Part shown: in pieces, positions 1 to 14,137 of the stretch
Layout of the letters: each line of letters opens with the position of its first letter
Numbering within the stretch: position 1 is the first letter of the stretch
Source: Octopus vulgaris
Lineage: Eukaryota
Reading direction: 5' to 3'
Assembly (NCBI GenBank): GCA_951406725.2
Contig: OX597842.1
Span: 15,810,001-15,874,000 of the forward strand
Length of the DNA stretch: 64,000 nt
Position numbers and translations under genes: made by a program
Notes under the pieces: generated by a model
What the model was told of the DNA's origin: nothing
What the model saw: only the letters and a program-made list of their open reading frames with translations
Databases searched by the model: none

Positions 1-184
1 AATTAATTATAGTCTCACATACACACACACGCACACACACATATATACACAAACATTCTATAATTATAAGTATAATTAAAATTAGGGTTGTTCGGAAGTG
101 CTGGCGTTTGGATATTGGTTATTCTATGTCGCTTGGTCGAATACGTATTTAATTATTAATAGTTCCAAATTTTTAATTGAAATA

Positions 185-255
185 CTACACTGAAGAAGGA
201 AATAAGTGAGTAAATATAAATTTTACATCTCTTTAATCCTGAAACGCGTATGTGG
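185..255 (+). ncRNA. Type I hammerhead ribozyme motif (minimal, Penelope-type)
   Basis: ctaca-CTGAAGA-agga...tcct-GAAA-cgcg-TA-tgtgg: intact core, stem I and II pairing, palindromic stem III, GUA cleavage triplet. Confidence 0.65.
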
Positions 256-1711
256 TTAATCAATGTCGGTTAGATTCGATATGTTTTCTCTTGACCTCCG
301 TAAAATAAGAATATTGTTCTCTGGGAGTCATCTTATGGTAAACGAATAGTATTTAGCTGCTATTTCGAAATTTCGGTATGTGGTGAAGCAATTTGCTGAA
401 CCCTAATTATAATAATGCTTATAATTATAATAATAATATTATTATTAAGGAGTATAACTCCAAATTTACAGGGAAAAATTCAATTTAGTATTAAATCAAA
501 TTTCACAATATATATATATATATATATATAAATTAGAGAAAATCCACTATTATGCAATTCCAACAATGATAGACATAAACCAAATCATAAATAAAAAATT
601 AAATATATTAAATAATTTTTAAAACTAAATCACAAAAAGTACAAAAATGAATAAACAATATATAGTAAGTAAAAAGACTGCGTAGTTTCATGGCTATAAT
701 TTAAATTCGAATTACAATTAAATTTAAATTTAATCGAAAAACAATGTAATTTATATTTGTTAACTAACCTGGGACAGCATCAAAGTCACCACATCATGGT
801 GTCGCCTGAAAATTATGGAAAGAGTAAAGAAAAACATGAAAAATACAAACATCACAGAGATTGAGATAATTAGTAATTATTAGGTCATTAAAGAAAATAA
901 AAAGAATTGAGTCACCATAACCTAATTAAAGCAGTTCTTACACGCACATATTTGTCAATACACACGAGTCACAGTAGAACAATAATATATATACACCTGA
1001 GTAAACACAGAAATATATATATGGTACAGTGAGCAGCTGTATAAACACGGAATTTAGGAGGGAAAGAAGGGCTATAGTTCATTATATGGACCCCAGTACA
1101 TGACTGTTAATGTATTTTATTAACCTTGCAGAGATGGAGGGATAAGTTGAGGTCAGCAGGATTTGACCCCAGAACATAAATGTCGTAAATAAATACCACA
1201 AAGTATTTTGTCCAACAGTAATAAAATACAAGAACCGGAGAAAAGAGGGAGGATAGTTTATTAAATGAACCCCTGGATATTACTGGTACAGATTATATTG
1301 ACCCCAGAGTGGTAATAGATACTGCGGCAGGATTTGAACATGGAACATAAAGTGACAGATATAAATATTGTAAGAGGATTATTCTGTATTTAGCCCATGG
1401 TCGGAGGAAAGAGGGAAATTACTAGAGAAAGAGAGGGAAAAAGAAAGAGAATGCAGTTGTACATGGGATGAAAGGAAGAGGGAGGATTTGAACTTGTAAC
1501 CTTGAGCTAATGGATGATGAGATAAAGAGAAGAAACTAGTGAAGTAACAACAACAACAGCAATTATGGTGATGATTAATTAATGAAATAGATTAGTTATA
1601 TTACAGTGTGAAAGAGGGTAGAAGAACAACAAACCCAGGGTGGGATTATGACATGAATGACTCAATGAAATAGAAACAGATTTGGATGTTCCAGATCTAA
1701 GGTGGACTTAC

Positions 1712-2054
1712 TTTCGAACTGCCAGATGCAGAGGTGTGTCACCATCTTTGTCCATTGCATTGGCATCGATGCCGTCGTGATTCAATAAGAGGCGAACTGT
1801 GTCTATGTGTCCCTGGAAACAGGCAAAGTGAAGAGGTGTAGCACCAAAGGAGTTATCTCGTTGATTCACCTGGAAAAGAAAAGAATGAAAACATTAAAAA
1901 TGGCGCCTGAAGGGTGGGTGAGGGGAGAATCATTAAAAGAAAAACTGCACAGAGAAAGAGAAGAAAAACATCAAATTATTTAAACAAGTGGAATGACTGG
2001 GGTGGGGTTAATTAAATCAGCTTTATATTGTATTTATACACACGTGTATACACC

Positions 2055-2103
<49 letters not shown>

Positions 2104-2808
2104 GTGTTATAGTTTAAAACAAACAGTAAAAGGTTGTCATTATAGTACTCGGAGTTTTGAATGATGGAGCGAAGAGCTACGATACATTCTCATCAGCTAT
2201 TAATGGCAACAGATGCGATGAAAAAGAAAACCGTTAAATAAAAGAGAAGTAACTCTAATAAGTGGAAAAAATTAAAACGAAAAAAGATTAAAAAAATACA
2301 CGCAACCATATTCTCACAATACATAGACATAAACCTCCTGCGTTCACAATGTCTACATACGTACACATTCACACAAACGTAACCTCAAATCAGATGGGTT
2401 TGTTCGATTTTTAGTGCTCTCAAGTTTAATTTAATGAAATCTTGTGCTGATGACAGGAATGTTAGAATAGGGATGTATTTCTAGCATCTCTATATCTAAC
2501 TAACCCACAAACGCGTTCACAAGTAATCTAATTTCGAATGAACTCTCGTTATTTTTCCCTCTATGTCTACGTGAATTGCTTTTGAGTATACATTGTCTGG
2601 AAGCCCCTTCTTATAGTAGAGGAAATAGCTAAATTCTTTGGCTGCTATTTCTAAAAGTTCGGTATGTGGTAAATCAATTTTTTTTTTGCTGAACCCTAAT
2701 TATATAAAGTAATATTTAGATTTACCGTAATTGGTTATTTTACATACTGAAACAATGCTTGGTAAAATTATTAATTACTAATTAATTAATTTTACACTTA
2801 TTATTATT

Positions 2809-2845
<37 letters not shown>

Positions 2846-3087
2846 AGTAGGTGAATGAATTATACTATGTTTATCGTCAGCATGGAAAATTCATTGAACC
2901 GAAACCTGGGAAGCAAATTCACGTCAGAAACATGGTTGAAGCGACCTGTCCAAGGGTAGAAACTCCGGGTTCATGTAGAGAAATTTGTGTGTTGTATATG
3001 AATAAATGAAAGAATGGAGTCGAACGAAGATGTTAATAAAATTCCTTTACTCTCGACATATTCATTTTTTCATATATATTTCACTTA

Positions 3088-3168
<81 letters not shown>

Positions 3169-3413
3169 TCATATATGTGCCCCGAAGATCAGGAGAGGAG
3201 TTTAGTAAAAATTCTCCAGAGTTCACTTAGTTTCCTCATTATTTTTCAGAAACATTTTTATGAAAATTTCTAGAATACCCTTTTGGAGTAAAGTATGATT
3301 ATTTCGGAATTTAACATGAATAAAAAGCAAACAAAACAACACGAATGAAGCACAAACATACACACATCAAAATTTACATTATATATACATGCACACACTT
3401 TATGGATATAGAG

Positions 3414-3493
<80 letters not shown>

Positions 3494-4384
3494 ACTCACC
3501 TCAATTGCGGTCTCCCCCTTTGTTTGTAGTAACGCTGCGACCACATCTTTCCATTCGTGCCCCCTCCCCGCAGCCAAATGGAGAAGAGTGAATCCATTGG
3601 TGTCCTTCCTCTCCACATCGCTGCCCCGGGATAATAATATTGTCACAGCTTGAAGTTGATGCCTGAGAATAAAAGACAGAAACATCACAGACGTTGATAT
3701 AACATTTACACTGAATTGCTTATTTTGAACAGACAAAAATTAAGCTTTCAAAAATATATATATAGATGCACATACAGTCTTTGTGAGTATGAATCTCTCT
3801 CTCTCTCTCTCTCACACTCTTTCTCTCTCTCTCTCTCTACATACATAAATACACGCACACATACATACATGCATTGATACACACACACATGGACAAACAC
3901 ACACCACTATCATACAATAAAAACACCGAGATGTGTATACTGATACGTTTATGTGCAATATCCAGTAAACAAATAGGTATGTGAATGTGTGTAGATATAT
4001 TAATATGTGAATGTATAATGTATGTTTCTATATTTACTTCTATACGTGTATACAATTGGAAATAAACAGATTGTCGTAAGAATCTATAAACTTACTGTGT
4101 GTATATTGTGTTAATACATTGAAAATAATTGTTTCATTTTTTAAAACTTCGGTTTTATTTGGTTTCATGTCAACCAAATTCTATATATATCAGAATATAT
4201 ACAAGCAATGCATCCTGGAAAATATATTTGGGAAGGCTGGCGTGTGTGAGAGAGTGAGAGACAGATCAAAGACAGATCGAAGACAGATTTGTCATCGATG
4301 TAGACAAAAGCAGCGGCAATAAAAGCTGCAATTCCTTATCAGCGGTAGGAAAACTACACCTGGAAACATAGCAACGAATATAAT

Positions 4385-4433
<49 letters not shown>

Positions 4434-4834
4434 ACACACGGAGTTCAACATATATCTATTATATGTGCATACATAGAAACAGAGGTAAAGATACATGCAT
4501 ATATGTATACGTACATATATATATATATATATATATGCAATGGCCCAGTGGTTCGGGCAATGGACTCACTGTCATAGGATTGCGGTTTTGATTCTCAGAC
4601 CGGGCGTTGTGAGTGTTTATTGAGCGAAAACACATAAAGCTCCACGAGGCTCCGGCAGGGGGTGGTGGTGATCCCTGCTGTACTCTTTCGCTACAAATTT
4701 CTCTCACTCTTCCTTATGTTGGCCAGCTCGCTTAGCCAGCAGGGTGGCGTCATTTGAAGGCTAAAACAATGTGAAGCGCAGTGTGATAAGCGATGTGGAA
4801 CAACGTCTGATAGCCTGGTCGGTCACGTGATCAT

Positions 4835-4868
<34 letters not shown>

Positions 4869-7488
4869 CGCTTGTAAAAAGCGTAAATCGGAAAGAAGAA
4901 GCACACTCTAAAATATTGAGCAATACATATTCAAAATGGGGAAGGCTGGTTTATGGGATTACCTAAGGTTTCACATCCATTAAGGGTTTAGCTTTATGTC
5001 GTATTATCAGATCCGAAAACATGTTGGCTCAAGGCTTCTTAATACTATGGAGGAAGAAATGTCTCACAATGGGGATTATCTCCTTTGGCCATTGGCTATC
5101 GACTTCCAGCTGCACTGCCATCTTTTGGGCTCCAAAAGGCTAGCAAGAATTTCCTGAAGTGTAAACATGGCCCGAGAAGCTCTGTACTGGAGTTAAGGAT
5201 GTACCCTGGTTTGAGGGAGTCCTTTAGGATTTTCTCCCATTCTGCTATGCATAATTTACATCGTTGTGTACCGTTGATGTAAGGGCCTGGGTTTTCGAGA
5301 ATTTTCCATGAAATCAAGTATGGAATATCATTGTATCTCAGCTGCCATACTTGGCTGGCTAATGATGTCGCGTATCTCCTTCTCTGAAGAAAGTTCTTAG
5401 TTGGAGAGATATCGCTTGAAAGGGGTTCCCGGAACGTCCGATGTTTCCCCGTGGGCAGGTTCTGTCGGCGATGTGTCTATATCTGCCGTCATCGTTGGTG
5501 TTGGGGCTGGGTTGCTGGTTTTGGCGTTGTCGGAGGTGGTGATTGTGGTGGCGGCAGTAATGGTGTCGCCACTGTCGAGGATGGTGAAGATGCTGTTGTT
5601 GTTATTGTAGCCCTTATCATTGGTGGGAGAGAAGTCATTAACGATGGCTACGCTGCTGCTGCTTACATATACACACACACATAGATACACACATACATAC
5701 CAACATATATACATGCATACATACACACACATACATAAATACATACACACGCACACACATGCATACATACATATACACTCATGCATACATGCATACACAC
5801 ATGCATACATGCATACACATGCATACATACACACACAAATGTATGCGTACACATACACACATGCATACATACACGCATGCGTAAATACACGCATGCATAC
5901 ATACATACACACACATACACACATGCTTATATACATACACACACATGCATACATACACACACATGCATAAATACATACACACACATACATACACACACAT
6001 GTATACATGCACAAGTGAGATAAAATCATTGAGAGAAAGTTTACAGATTCTTGCTGCCATAACAAGCAACAAAATCTTTCGTCCTGTCTTAGAGCTGAAA
6101 CAGAATCTTCTTTGGAAGAAATTTGTTTCATCCCTCCATAATCAATACTAACAGAGGATGCTGCATCACACTGGGTCAATCTTAAGAATGTTTGCCTTTC
6201 AAAGATTATCTCCAAATCAAAAAATATTTTGTTTTGACAGCAAATCTCAGAAAACGTTTTTATGCTTCAATAATGCATAACGAATTGGATACATGGATAA
6301 AAATAAGAAGTTGTTGTTGGTTACTGCTGTCATGTTGTCATCCTGTTGTTCCACTGCTACTACTATGGCATCTTTGGATATTTAACCTGTCTGAAATTGG
6401 AAGAAATCGAGAAACAAAAACAGATCTGGAGATTTTAGGTAATTCTGAACTTACCCAAACACAGCATGATAAAAAGCTGTCCGACCCCTTGTGTCTCTCT
6501 TGTCCAAATCTGCTCCAGCATCTATTAACAAGTTTATTAAAACTATGTTGCCCTCTGCAGAAGCAGCCATCAGATAAGTTTTACCGTTTGAATCTCTTAG
6601 GTTAATCTGAAGTGAAGAAAGTAAAGGCTTTTGAAATATATCAAAGGAGAGAGAGAGGGAGGGGGAGCGAGAGAGAGATAGAGAGGAGAGAGAGCGAGAG
6701 AGAGAGAGAGGGGACAGAGAGAGTGAGAGAGAGAGGGAAGAGAGAGTCCTTGTAAAATTTTCCATTCCACAGCCTATTCCCATGGGTTGTACTACCCTCT
6801 TTGGGAAGCCCTGATCTATATTCTTCCTCACAGTATCCCATCTGCTGACTATTAATTTTTCAGATTTCAAGTAAAAAGTCATAAACAACCATCATCTTTG
6901 TTCCTTAAAAGTGAAAACAGAGGGAGAATAACTTTCTCTGTATATTCAATTGACACCAGTACAGTTGTATAAAGCTAGATCAAGCTGGGGTTTGATTCCT
7001 ACGTGACTCACCAGTATTTTCAAATGTTTGACAACTTCTGTAAAAGAAATCGTGTCGGCCCTATCACCAAGAAACCCTTGTTTGTGGCAAGAGAACTTCT
7101 TGACACCGTAATCACTCATCTAATGACCCGATCTACCTCTTGGACTGAGTATTTCCTGCCAGAATACTCCCTTGCAGTGTGTGATGATGGGCTTCTCTCT
7201 CCCTCACATTCCATCAACTCTGGCATGCTTCAAGGTTTGGTTCAGGATTTATAAAAACTACCAACGATGCAAAATAGTAGAAAGACGTGAAGAAAGATAT
7301 GAAATATGGACAAATACATGTGGTTCGTTAGGAAGATTTCAAATTGTGTATCAAATAATAAACAAATAACCAACTTTGAGAAGGCAATACAATGAACAAC
7401 TTACTCTGTCTGAACGGCTTTCTATCATGCTTTTCGCACCTTCGATGTCCCCAGATTCAATTTTCTCCTTGATTTTTTTAATGTCCAT
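1712..7488 (-). CDS. Gene A: spliced ankyrin-repeat protein, 5' part only (exons 7488-7405, 6606-6455, 3662-3500, 1869-1712); continues beyond window start
   Basis: All four exons have AG/GT boundaries and matching phases (0,2,0,2). Translation MDIKKIKEKIESGDIEGAKSMIESRSDR|INLRDSNGKTYLMAASAEGN...GRTAFYHAVFG|HQLQ...GFTLLHLAAGRG...|VNQRDNSFGATPLHFACFQGH...DGDTPLHLAVR contains repeated ankyrin G-x-TPLH-x-A motifs. Confidence 0.9.
2441..2523 (+). ncRNA. Degenerate hammerhead motif
   Basis: cttgtg-CTGATGA...CAAA-cgcg-TT-cacaag. Stem I is perfect but GAAA is mutated to CAAA. Confidence 0.45.
4537..4835 (+). mobile_element. tRNA-derived SINE, family 1
   Basis: A-box-like tggcccagtggtt and B-box-like ggttttgattc; inverted copy at 43692-43983, partial at 60415-60497. 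Confidence 0.7.
4870..5400 (-). mobile_element. Penelope-like retroelement 3' fragment (GIY-YIG C-terminus plus pLTR)
   Basis: ORF 5096-5317 ISWKILENPGPYINGTQRCKLCIAEWEKIL...LNSSTELLGPCLHFRKFLL matches the C-terminal CxLC...LN...CxH signature of Penelope-like endonucleases. A related pLTR fragment is at about 38350-38730 (+). Confidence 0.7.
4956..5014 (-). ncRNA. Degenerate hammerhead motif 3' of Penelope GIY-YIG ORF end
   Basis: Minus strand: ggat-CTGATAA...GAAA-ccttagg-TA-atcc; core has one mismatch (CTGATAA). Confidence 0.45.
5665..6012. repeat. (TACA)/(CA) compound microsatellite
   Basis: Directly visible; similar tract at 62570-62850. Confidence 0.9.
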
Positions 7489-8282
7489 GTCTTTTGAATA
7501 AAAAATGCAAACGAAAGAAAGTAAAAGTTTTTAAAAACTTATAAAATGAAGTAAATAACAATATACTCGAGTTGATGGTTCTAAAATCTTGCATAAGACA
7601 ACATAAATATTGGAAAGGTCAGGCTAACTAAAGTATTATTTAGAGCTGAATGTTCTTCTTGACACTAATAAACCTAACAACAGTCAATTTGTTGTGTCTC
7701 TAGGTTAGCTACATTCCTCTGCTTATTACAGTCCGAGTGGTTACAATTAAACCCTGAATATTGGAATGTACAGTCCGGTGATCAGCTGAGGGGACAGACT
7801 TCACATAAACTAGAAATTGACGCTACGAAGAAAGGTAAATTTCGGAAAAATAATTAAATTATCCACAGAAAATAATGTTTGTCTAATAAATCCTCTTGTA
7901 TGAATTTTTGATTTGATCTCATCTATTTCAATACTATTTCGATTGACACTATCAACATGTGACTTTAGAAATCTTATTTTATGACTATTTGTTAATTTGA
8001 TAATTACTCAACAAATTTCTCTCATATTTATATATGATTGGACAAATGAAAGAACGGGCACTCAACACTTTTCTTGGAAATTACATTTATTATTCAAATA
8101 TAAGTTTGATTCGGATTTATGTAGTACAGAATCCGAATGAAGCTGATTTGAATAATATATATATTATTCAAATTGTTTCGATCAATACACACACACATAT
8201 GTATGTGTGTGTGTACACATACATGTACACACACATATACATGCATAAATTAATGAAAATAGACACGCACTTTATCTATCTA

Positions 8283-8362
<80 letters not shown>

Positions 8363-8937
8363 GGAAGGGCATCCAGCTGTAGAAACTTTGCCAGATCAGA
8401 TTGGAGCCTGGTGAAGCCTTCTGACTCGCCAGTCCTCAGTCAAACTGTCCAACCCATGCAAACATACATACATAATATGTATGTATGTATTTGTGAATAT
8501 ATATTACATGGGTTTCAGTTCATTTCTACTGTATGACACCTTGGGCAAGTACCTTCTTTTATAATCCCATGGTTAATCAATGCTTCTGAGTGGATTAAGT
8601 AGACATAAGTAGAGAGAAGCCCTTCGTACACTGCTGCAAAATAAACTACGGACCAGTGCAAAAACTGCTGAAATGAACTCCTTGCAGATCGATGTTTGAC
8701 TATTTTTCATCACAGATTCTAAACTGGCAAACAACAAAAGAAAACACGAAAACCTAAAGAAATGTTTATCATTTAGTGCTGAAAATATGCATTGTATGAA
8801 AACGAACAATATTTTGTCTGCTCAAAAATTTAAGGCCATGAAAAATAAAACAATTAAATTTTGTATAAACTATAAAAATTCTGGCATTTATGTTCAAGCT
8901 TTCACTGTGTCAGCAATTGCTGTATTTCACACCAACA

Positions 8938-9260
8938 ATGGGCAAAGCTAAAATATCGACAGATTTTGAACATGGTAGAATTGCAGAGGTCCAGAAGTAA
9001 GGTCTTTCACAACAAGCTATCAGCAAAACCGAAATCCTTTAAAGACCCTCAAGCATATGGATTGAAAGAAATCGACCTGTTGGCCAAAGAAAGTTTCACC
9101 AGCGTTGATTACAAGGATTGGACGGGAAGTCAGGAATGACACCAGCCGGTCGTCAAACCAGATAAAGGTAATTACGTATGCAGAATGTACCCTAAGGACG
9201 ATAAGATGGCATTTGAGATAGACACATAGGAACAGCCCTGCGCAATGTTCAACTCACTGC
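8938..9260 (+). mobile_element. Tc1/Tc3-type transposase remnant
   Basis: MGKAKISTDFEHGRIAEVQK*GLSQQAIS resembles the N-terminal HTH of Tc1/Tc3 transposases; contains stops. Confidence 0.55.
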
Positions 9261-9818
9261 TTACACCAGACACCATTATGCACACACCCACACACACTCA
9301 ATGCACTAACGCACACACATGTGCACACACATGCTTTCACTCCTTACTTCAAAAGGGTCACCGTTAATAACACTTTTTCACTAAGCCCCTATCTTCTGGT
9401 CCTTTCATTATGTTGAACTGTTATTCGGTACATATTTTCTCTCCTTTTCTTTTCGTTCTTTCCCCATATTTTCCTCTCAATCTATTCTCTCGAAGACTGT
9501 AGGCTTGAATCATCAAAGACTTTCCCATTTGTTTCCCAAGCACCAAACTAATTCACCTGCCTGTTGTGCCTTCACCTGTCTTCGTCTTTTGTTTTCTGTA
9601 CATTGAAGTGTGTGTGTGTGTGTGTTTGTCCTCACTTCATCACTTGCCAATCACTGTTAGTGTGTTTACGTCCCCATAACCTAGTAGTTCGGCAAAAGAC
9701 CTGATAGAATAAGTACCAGACTTTCAAAGAATAAGTCCTGGGTTGATTTCTTTGACTAAAAGGCGGTGCTCCAGCATGGCTTCAGTCAAATGGCTGAAAC
9801 ATATAAAAGAATAAAAGA

Positions 9819-9882
<64 letters not shown>

Positions 9883-11407
9883 GTACACACAACGGGTTTC
9901 TTTCAGTTTCCATCTTCCAAATCCACTCACAAGGCTTTGGTCGGCCCGGGGCTATAGGAGAGCAAACATACAGGAAGGAAGGAAGAAGACGAGAAACAGT
10001 TGAAACAAAACAGCAAATTCTTCTGGCTGTCCTATTACTCCTGGCCAACCTGGTAATCCCCCAGGCAAAGGGCACAAAACAGTCACAAAAATGAAGCACA
10101 GTTTTAGGAGGGATACGCCCCACCAAACACACTTCCCACCGTTAAGTGAGACTTCACACACACATGCAGAGAATTTGCCAGGAACTCTGTGGAGATTTCT
10201 TGTTCGACGAATATAAATAAACACGCGCAACAAACCCCCACTAAACCCCCCAAAACAAATGTCTTACCTGGTAGCTGTGCTTCCATAATTCACGACGTTG
10301 GTATACAAAGGCGTCACAAGAAGAACCCGTCCACACAGTAATGAGGGAAGTAAGCTTCTTCCCACACAGGGTGAGTCATTATTAATACACACACGGGTTC
10401 AGTTCCACCCCTTTATTATTAGTCAATATTAAATTCATGTTTTCAAAATATGTCCTTTCCCAAGATTAACAAGTTTTCACATATTTCGTCGATGTACGAA
10501 ATGTAAACAACGTCAATGCACGAACACACACATACCAGTATATATTTGTTTATTACCCACAAGGGGCTAAACATAGAGGGGACAAACAAGGACAGAGAAA
10601 CGGGTGAAAGGATGAAAGGCAAAGTCGACCTCGGTGGATTTGAATTCAGAATGTACCGGCAGACGAAATACCTATTTCTTTATTACCCACAGAGGGGACA
10701 AACAAGGACAGACCAAGGGATTAAGTCGATTACATCGACCCCAGTGTGTAACTGGTACTTAATTAATCGAACCCGAAAAGATGAAAGGCAAAGTCGACCT
10801 CGGCGGAATTTGAACTCAGAACGTAACGGCGAACGAAATGCCGCTAAGCATTTCGCCCAGCGTGCTAACGTTTCTGTCAGCTCGCCGCCTATACACACAC
10901 ACACACACACACAAGTATATGCACGCACATCCATAGGTGTACGTAAATATGTTTGCGTATCTATGAGTGTACACACATAGACCCACATAAAGATAAATAT
11001 AATTGAAAATTTGCTGGACCGATTTTTATGAAGTTTGGTAAATGAATGAAATAAGAAGACGTCATTGAATTTCGAAACAACAAAAATGAATTACATGTGA
11101 CGGGATTTATTGTGGATTTTTTAGATATTTTACTTCAGAACATTCAGTGTGATGCGTAGAAGACAACATAATATTTTTCAATAATCTGAAGTCCGACGCT
11201 CCAGAAGTGGGAGGGCCATGGAAAGAGGCAGGACAGGCACCAATGCCAAAGAAATGCCGTGGTGACACGACAGTAACGAGAAATAAAACTCCGGTTTCAA
11301 ACGACGAGGCAAGTCCACCTGTTGTCACACGAAACACCGGAGGAGAAACGAGAGGGGTTGGAGTCTCAAGCCATTAGAAAAGATATACATACATAATACA
11401 TAATACA

Positions 11408-11603
11408 GGTACTACTTAAGAAGAGTGGTCCCCGTGCGCGTACTTGCGCACTCGCGCATCCACGCTAGCTAGTCGTAACTAGTCGATCCTACAACGACTA
11501 CCTAGCAAAGTAAATAAAACACAAAGTAAGGATCGACTAGTCACGACTAGCTAGCGCGGATGCGCGAGTGCACGCACCGGGACCACTCTTCTTAAGTAGT
11601 ACC
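11408..11603. mobile_element. MITE with GGTACTACTTAAGAAGAGTGGTCCC terminal inverted repeats
   Basis: Near-palindromic 196 bp element; further copies at 26926-27141 and partial at 22266-22465. Confidence 0.8.
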
Positions 11604-11676
11604 TACATACATACATACATTAATTGATAAATTAATTCTATCTTAACTTATAAGAGTCGAAAAATCTTTACTTTAC

Positions 11677-11960
11677 CGCAAGGCAAAATATTTTCAGCAG
11701 TGGAAGTCTTTAATAATCCGTTCCCGTCTTTAATAATCCGTTCCAGTCTTTAATAATCCGTTCAAGTCTTTAATAATCCGTTCCAGTCTTTAATAATCCG
11801 TTCCCGTCTTTAATAATCCGTTCCAGTCTTTAATAATCCGTTCCAGTCTTTAATAATCCGTTCCCGTCTTTAATAATCCGTTCCAGTCTTTAATAATCCG
11901 TTCCAGTCTTTAATAATCCGTTCCAGTCTGTTCTGGTTCGCGAGAATGAATAAATTGTAT
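11677..11960 (-). other. Putative non-coding first exon of gene A
   Basis: Donor GCG|gtaaag at 11677/11676 lies at the same position as donor AAG|gtacag in the paralogous block at 23781. The ATG exon at 7490 has its own acceptor, so an upstream exon is required. The 5' boundary is approximate. Confidence 0.4.
11706..11925. repeat. 20-bp minisatellite, 11 copies (gtctttaataatccgttcc[a/c])
   Basis: Directly visible tandem array. Confidence 0.95.
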
Positions 11961-12364
11961 TCAATTACATAATTAAATATAGTGTAACTTTAGCAGGAGA
12001 TACGTTATGGCAGTCATTGCTTTTTTCTTCTTCTTTATCTGTTTATTCTTTGTATCTCCTTTCATTATTCTCTCTCTCAATATTCTGCCACTCCTTCATT
12101 TACGTGAATTTCTCATATGTGTTTATCGATTTTAAGCTGAATGGTGTTTGTACTATTTACCCGCTCAAAGTCTAATTCAGTTCATTTGGTGTGACCTAAA
12201 TTTTTCATAGTTGTTTGAAAAACTATGAGAGAGAAAGAGAGAGGCCCACGTATGTCGATTAAACCCATTGAAATCTCTTTGTATCTTCTGAGTAATAAAA
12301 GCATTTCACCGTTTATTGTTAAATGTGTGTTGTCTGTTTTAATGGCCAACGCCAATGTAGTAAC

Positions 12365-12447
<83 letters not shown>

Positions 12448-12458
12448 CTGTGTGTGTG

Positions 12459-12498
<40 letters not shown>

Positions 12499-12604
12499 AC
12501 GGGCTCATATATTTATATGTATATACATATAAATATAAATATATATATATATGACGGGCTTCTTATGTATATGTGTACACACACATACGCACACACACAT
12601 ATAT

Positions 12605-13004
12605 ACTCTTTTACTCTTTTACTTGTTTCAGTCATTTGACTGCGGCCATGCTGGAGCACCGCCTTTAGTCGAGCAAATCGACCCCGGGACTTATTCTTTG
12701 TAAGCCCAGTACTTATTCTATCGGTCTCTTTTGCCGAACCGCTAAGTGACGGGGACGTAAACACACCAGCATCTGTTGTCAAGCAATGCTAGGGGGACAA
12801 ACACAGACACACAAACACATACGCACACATATATATAAATACATATATACGACAGGCTTCTTTCAGTTTCTGTCTACCAAATCCACTCACAAGGCATTGG
12901 TCGGCCCGGGGCTATAGCAGTAGACAATTGCCAAAGATGCCACGCAGTGGGACTGAACCCGGGACCAAGTGGTTGGTTAGCAGGCTACTTACCAAACAGC
13001 CACT

Positions 13005-13008
<4 letters not shown>
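12605..13008 (-). mobile_element. tRNA-derived SINE, family 2 (composite)
   Basis: Head aggagtggctgt..ggtaagtagc...ccgggttcagtcccactgcgtggca. Copies at about 9620-9958, 16075-16200, 24580-24963, 42606-43005, 57673-58067 and 58540-58668. Confidence 0.8.
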
Positions 13009-13070
<62 letters not shown>

Positions 13071-13273
13071 GTATATATATATATATTATATAATTAGGGC
13101 TTAGTAAAATAAATTACTTTGCCACATACTGAACTAAGTAGAAATAGCAGCCAAAAAAATTTTCTTAGCATTTCTACTACTTAAAGAAAAATTTCTCTCA
13201 GATAATGTTTACTCTAGACAGCTCACGAAGGTTTGGGGGTAAATACAGAAAAATATCACAAGTACATAGATCG

Positions 13274-13336
13274 TTTGAGTACGTCAACGTTTCAAGATTA
13301 GCCAAATAAAATCAGCATTTCTATCGTCAGCTCAAA
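13274..13336 (-). ncRNA. Type I hammerhead motif, mirror copy in inverted repeat
   Basis: Reverse complement of 13797-13859. Confidence 0.6.
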
Positions 13337-13796
13337 ATTTCTTAATTTGGATTTGGAAACACTAAAAAGAAGGAACTTTACCTATCAGCGAACTACTCGC
13401 TTCAGATGAACCACTCCAACTAACAGTGTCAACAAATTCAAAATGCGCAGGCGTAAAATTCTGCACTCCCCATTCCACCCACGTGGTCTATCTAGCAAAC
13501 ATTATATTTTAACCGCGAGAACATACTGAACACTTGGTGAAATTGATTAATTAATTAATTTTACCCTCAATTGTTGATATTATAATTCATTTCTCTCGGT
13601 CATACTACCTCGGTTCTCGCGGTTAAAATATAATGTTTGCTAGATAGACCACGTGGGTGGAATGGGGAGTGCAGAATTTTACGCCTGCGCATTTTGAATT
13701 TGTTGACACTGTTAGTTGGAGTGGTTCATCTGAAGCGAGTAGTTCGCTGATAGGAAAGTTCCTTCTTTTAGTGTTTCCAAATCCATATTAAGAAAT

Positions 13797-13859
13797 TTTG
13801 AGCTGACGATAGAAATGCTGATTTTATTTGGCTAATCTTGAAACGTTGACGTACTCAAA
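13797..13859 (+). ncRNA. Type I hammerhead motif
   Basis: tttgag-CTGACGA-taga...tctt-GAAA-cgttgacg-TA-ctcaaa. Core and stems I and III intact; first pair of stem II is a T-T mismatch. Confidence 0.6.
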
Positions 13860-14137
13860 CGATCTATGTACTTGTGATATTTTTCTGTATTTACCCCCAA
13901 ACCTTCGTGAGCTGTCTAGAGTAAACATTATCTGAGAGAAATTTTTCTTTAAGTAGTAGAAATGCTAAGAAAATTTTTTTGGCTGCTATTTCTACTTAGT
14001 TCAGTATGTGGCAAAAGTAATTTATTTTACTAAGCCCTAATTATATAATGTAATATTTTGAATTCGCCTTAAATGGTCCTTTTACATACTGAACACTTGG
14101 TGAAATTGATTAATTAATTAATTTTACCCTCAATTGT

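Noticed and set aside
4537-4610. tRNA gene
   Set aside because: The tRNA-like head continues into a SINE body repeated elsewhere; no convincing cloverleaf.
5397-6215. 272-aa ORF and overlapping H/T/Y- or C/V/M-rich ORFs
   Set aside because: Mostly microsatellite inside a broken Penelope remnant. The same applies to all [12 protein letters not shown] ORFs in the track.
11706-11925. Possible CRISPR array
   Set aside because: Units are head-to-tail with no unique spacers, there are no cas genes, and the context is eukaryotic.
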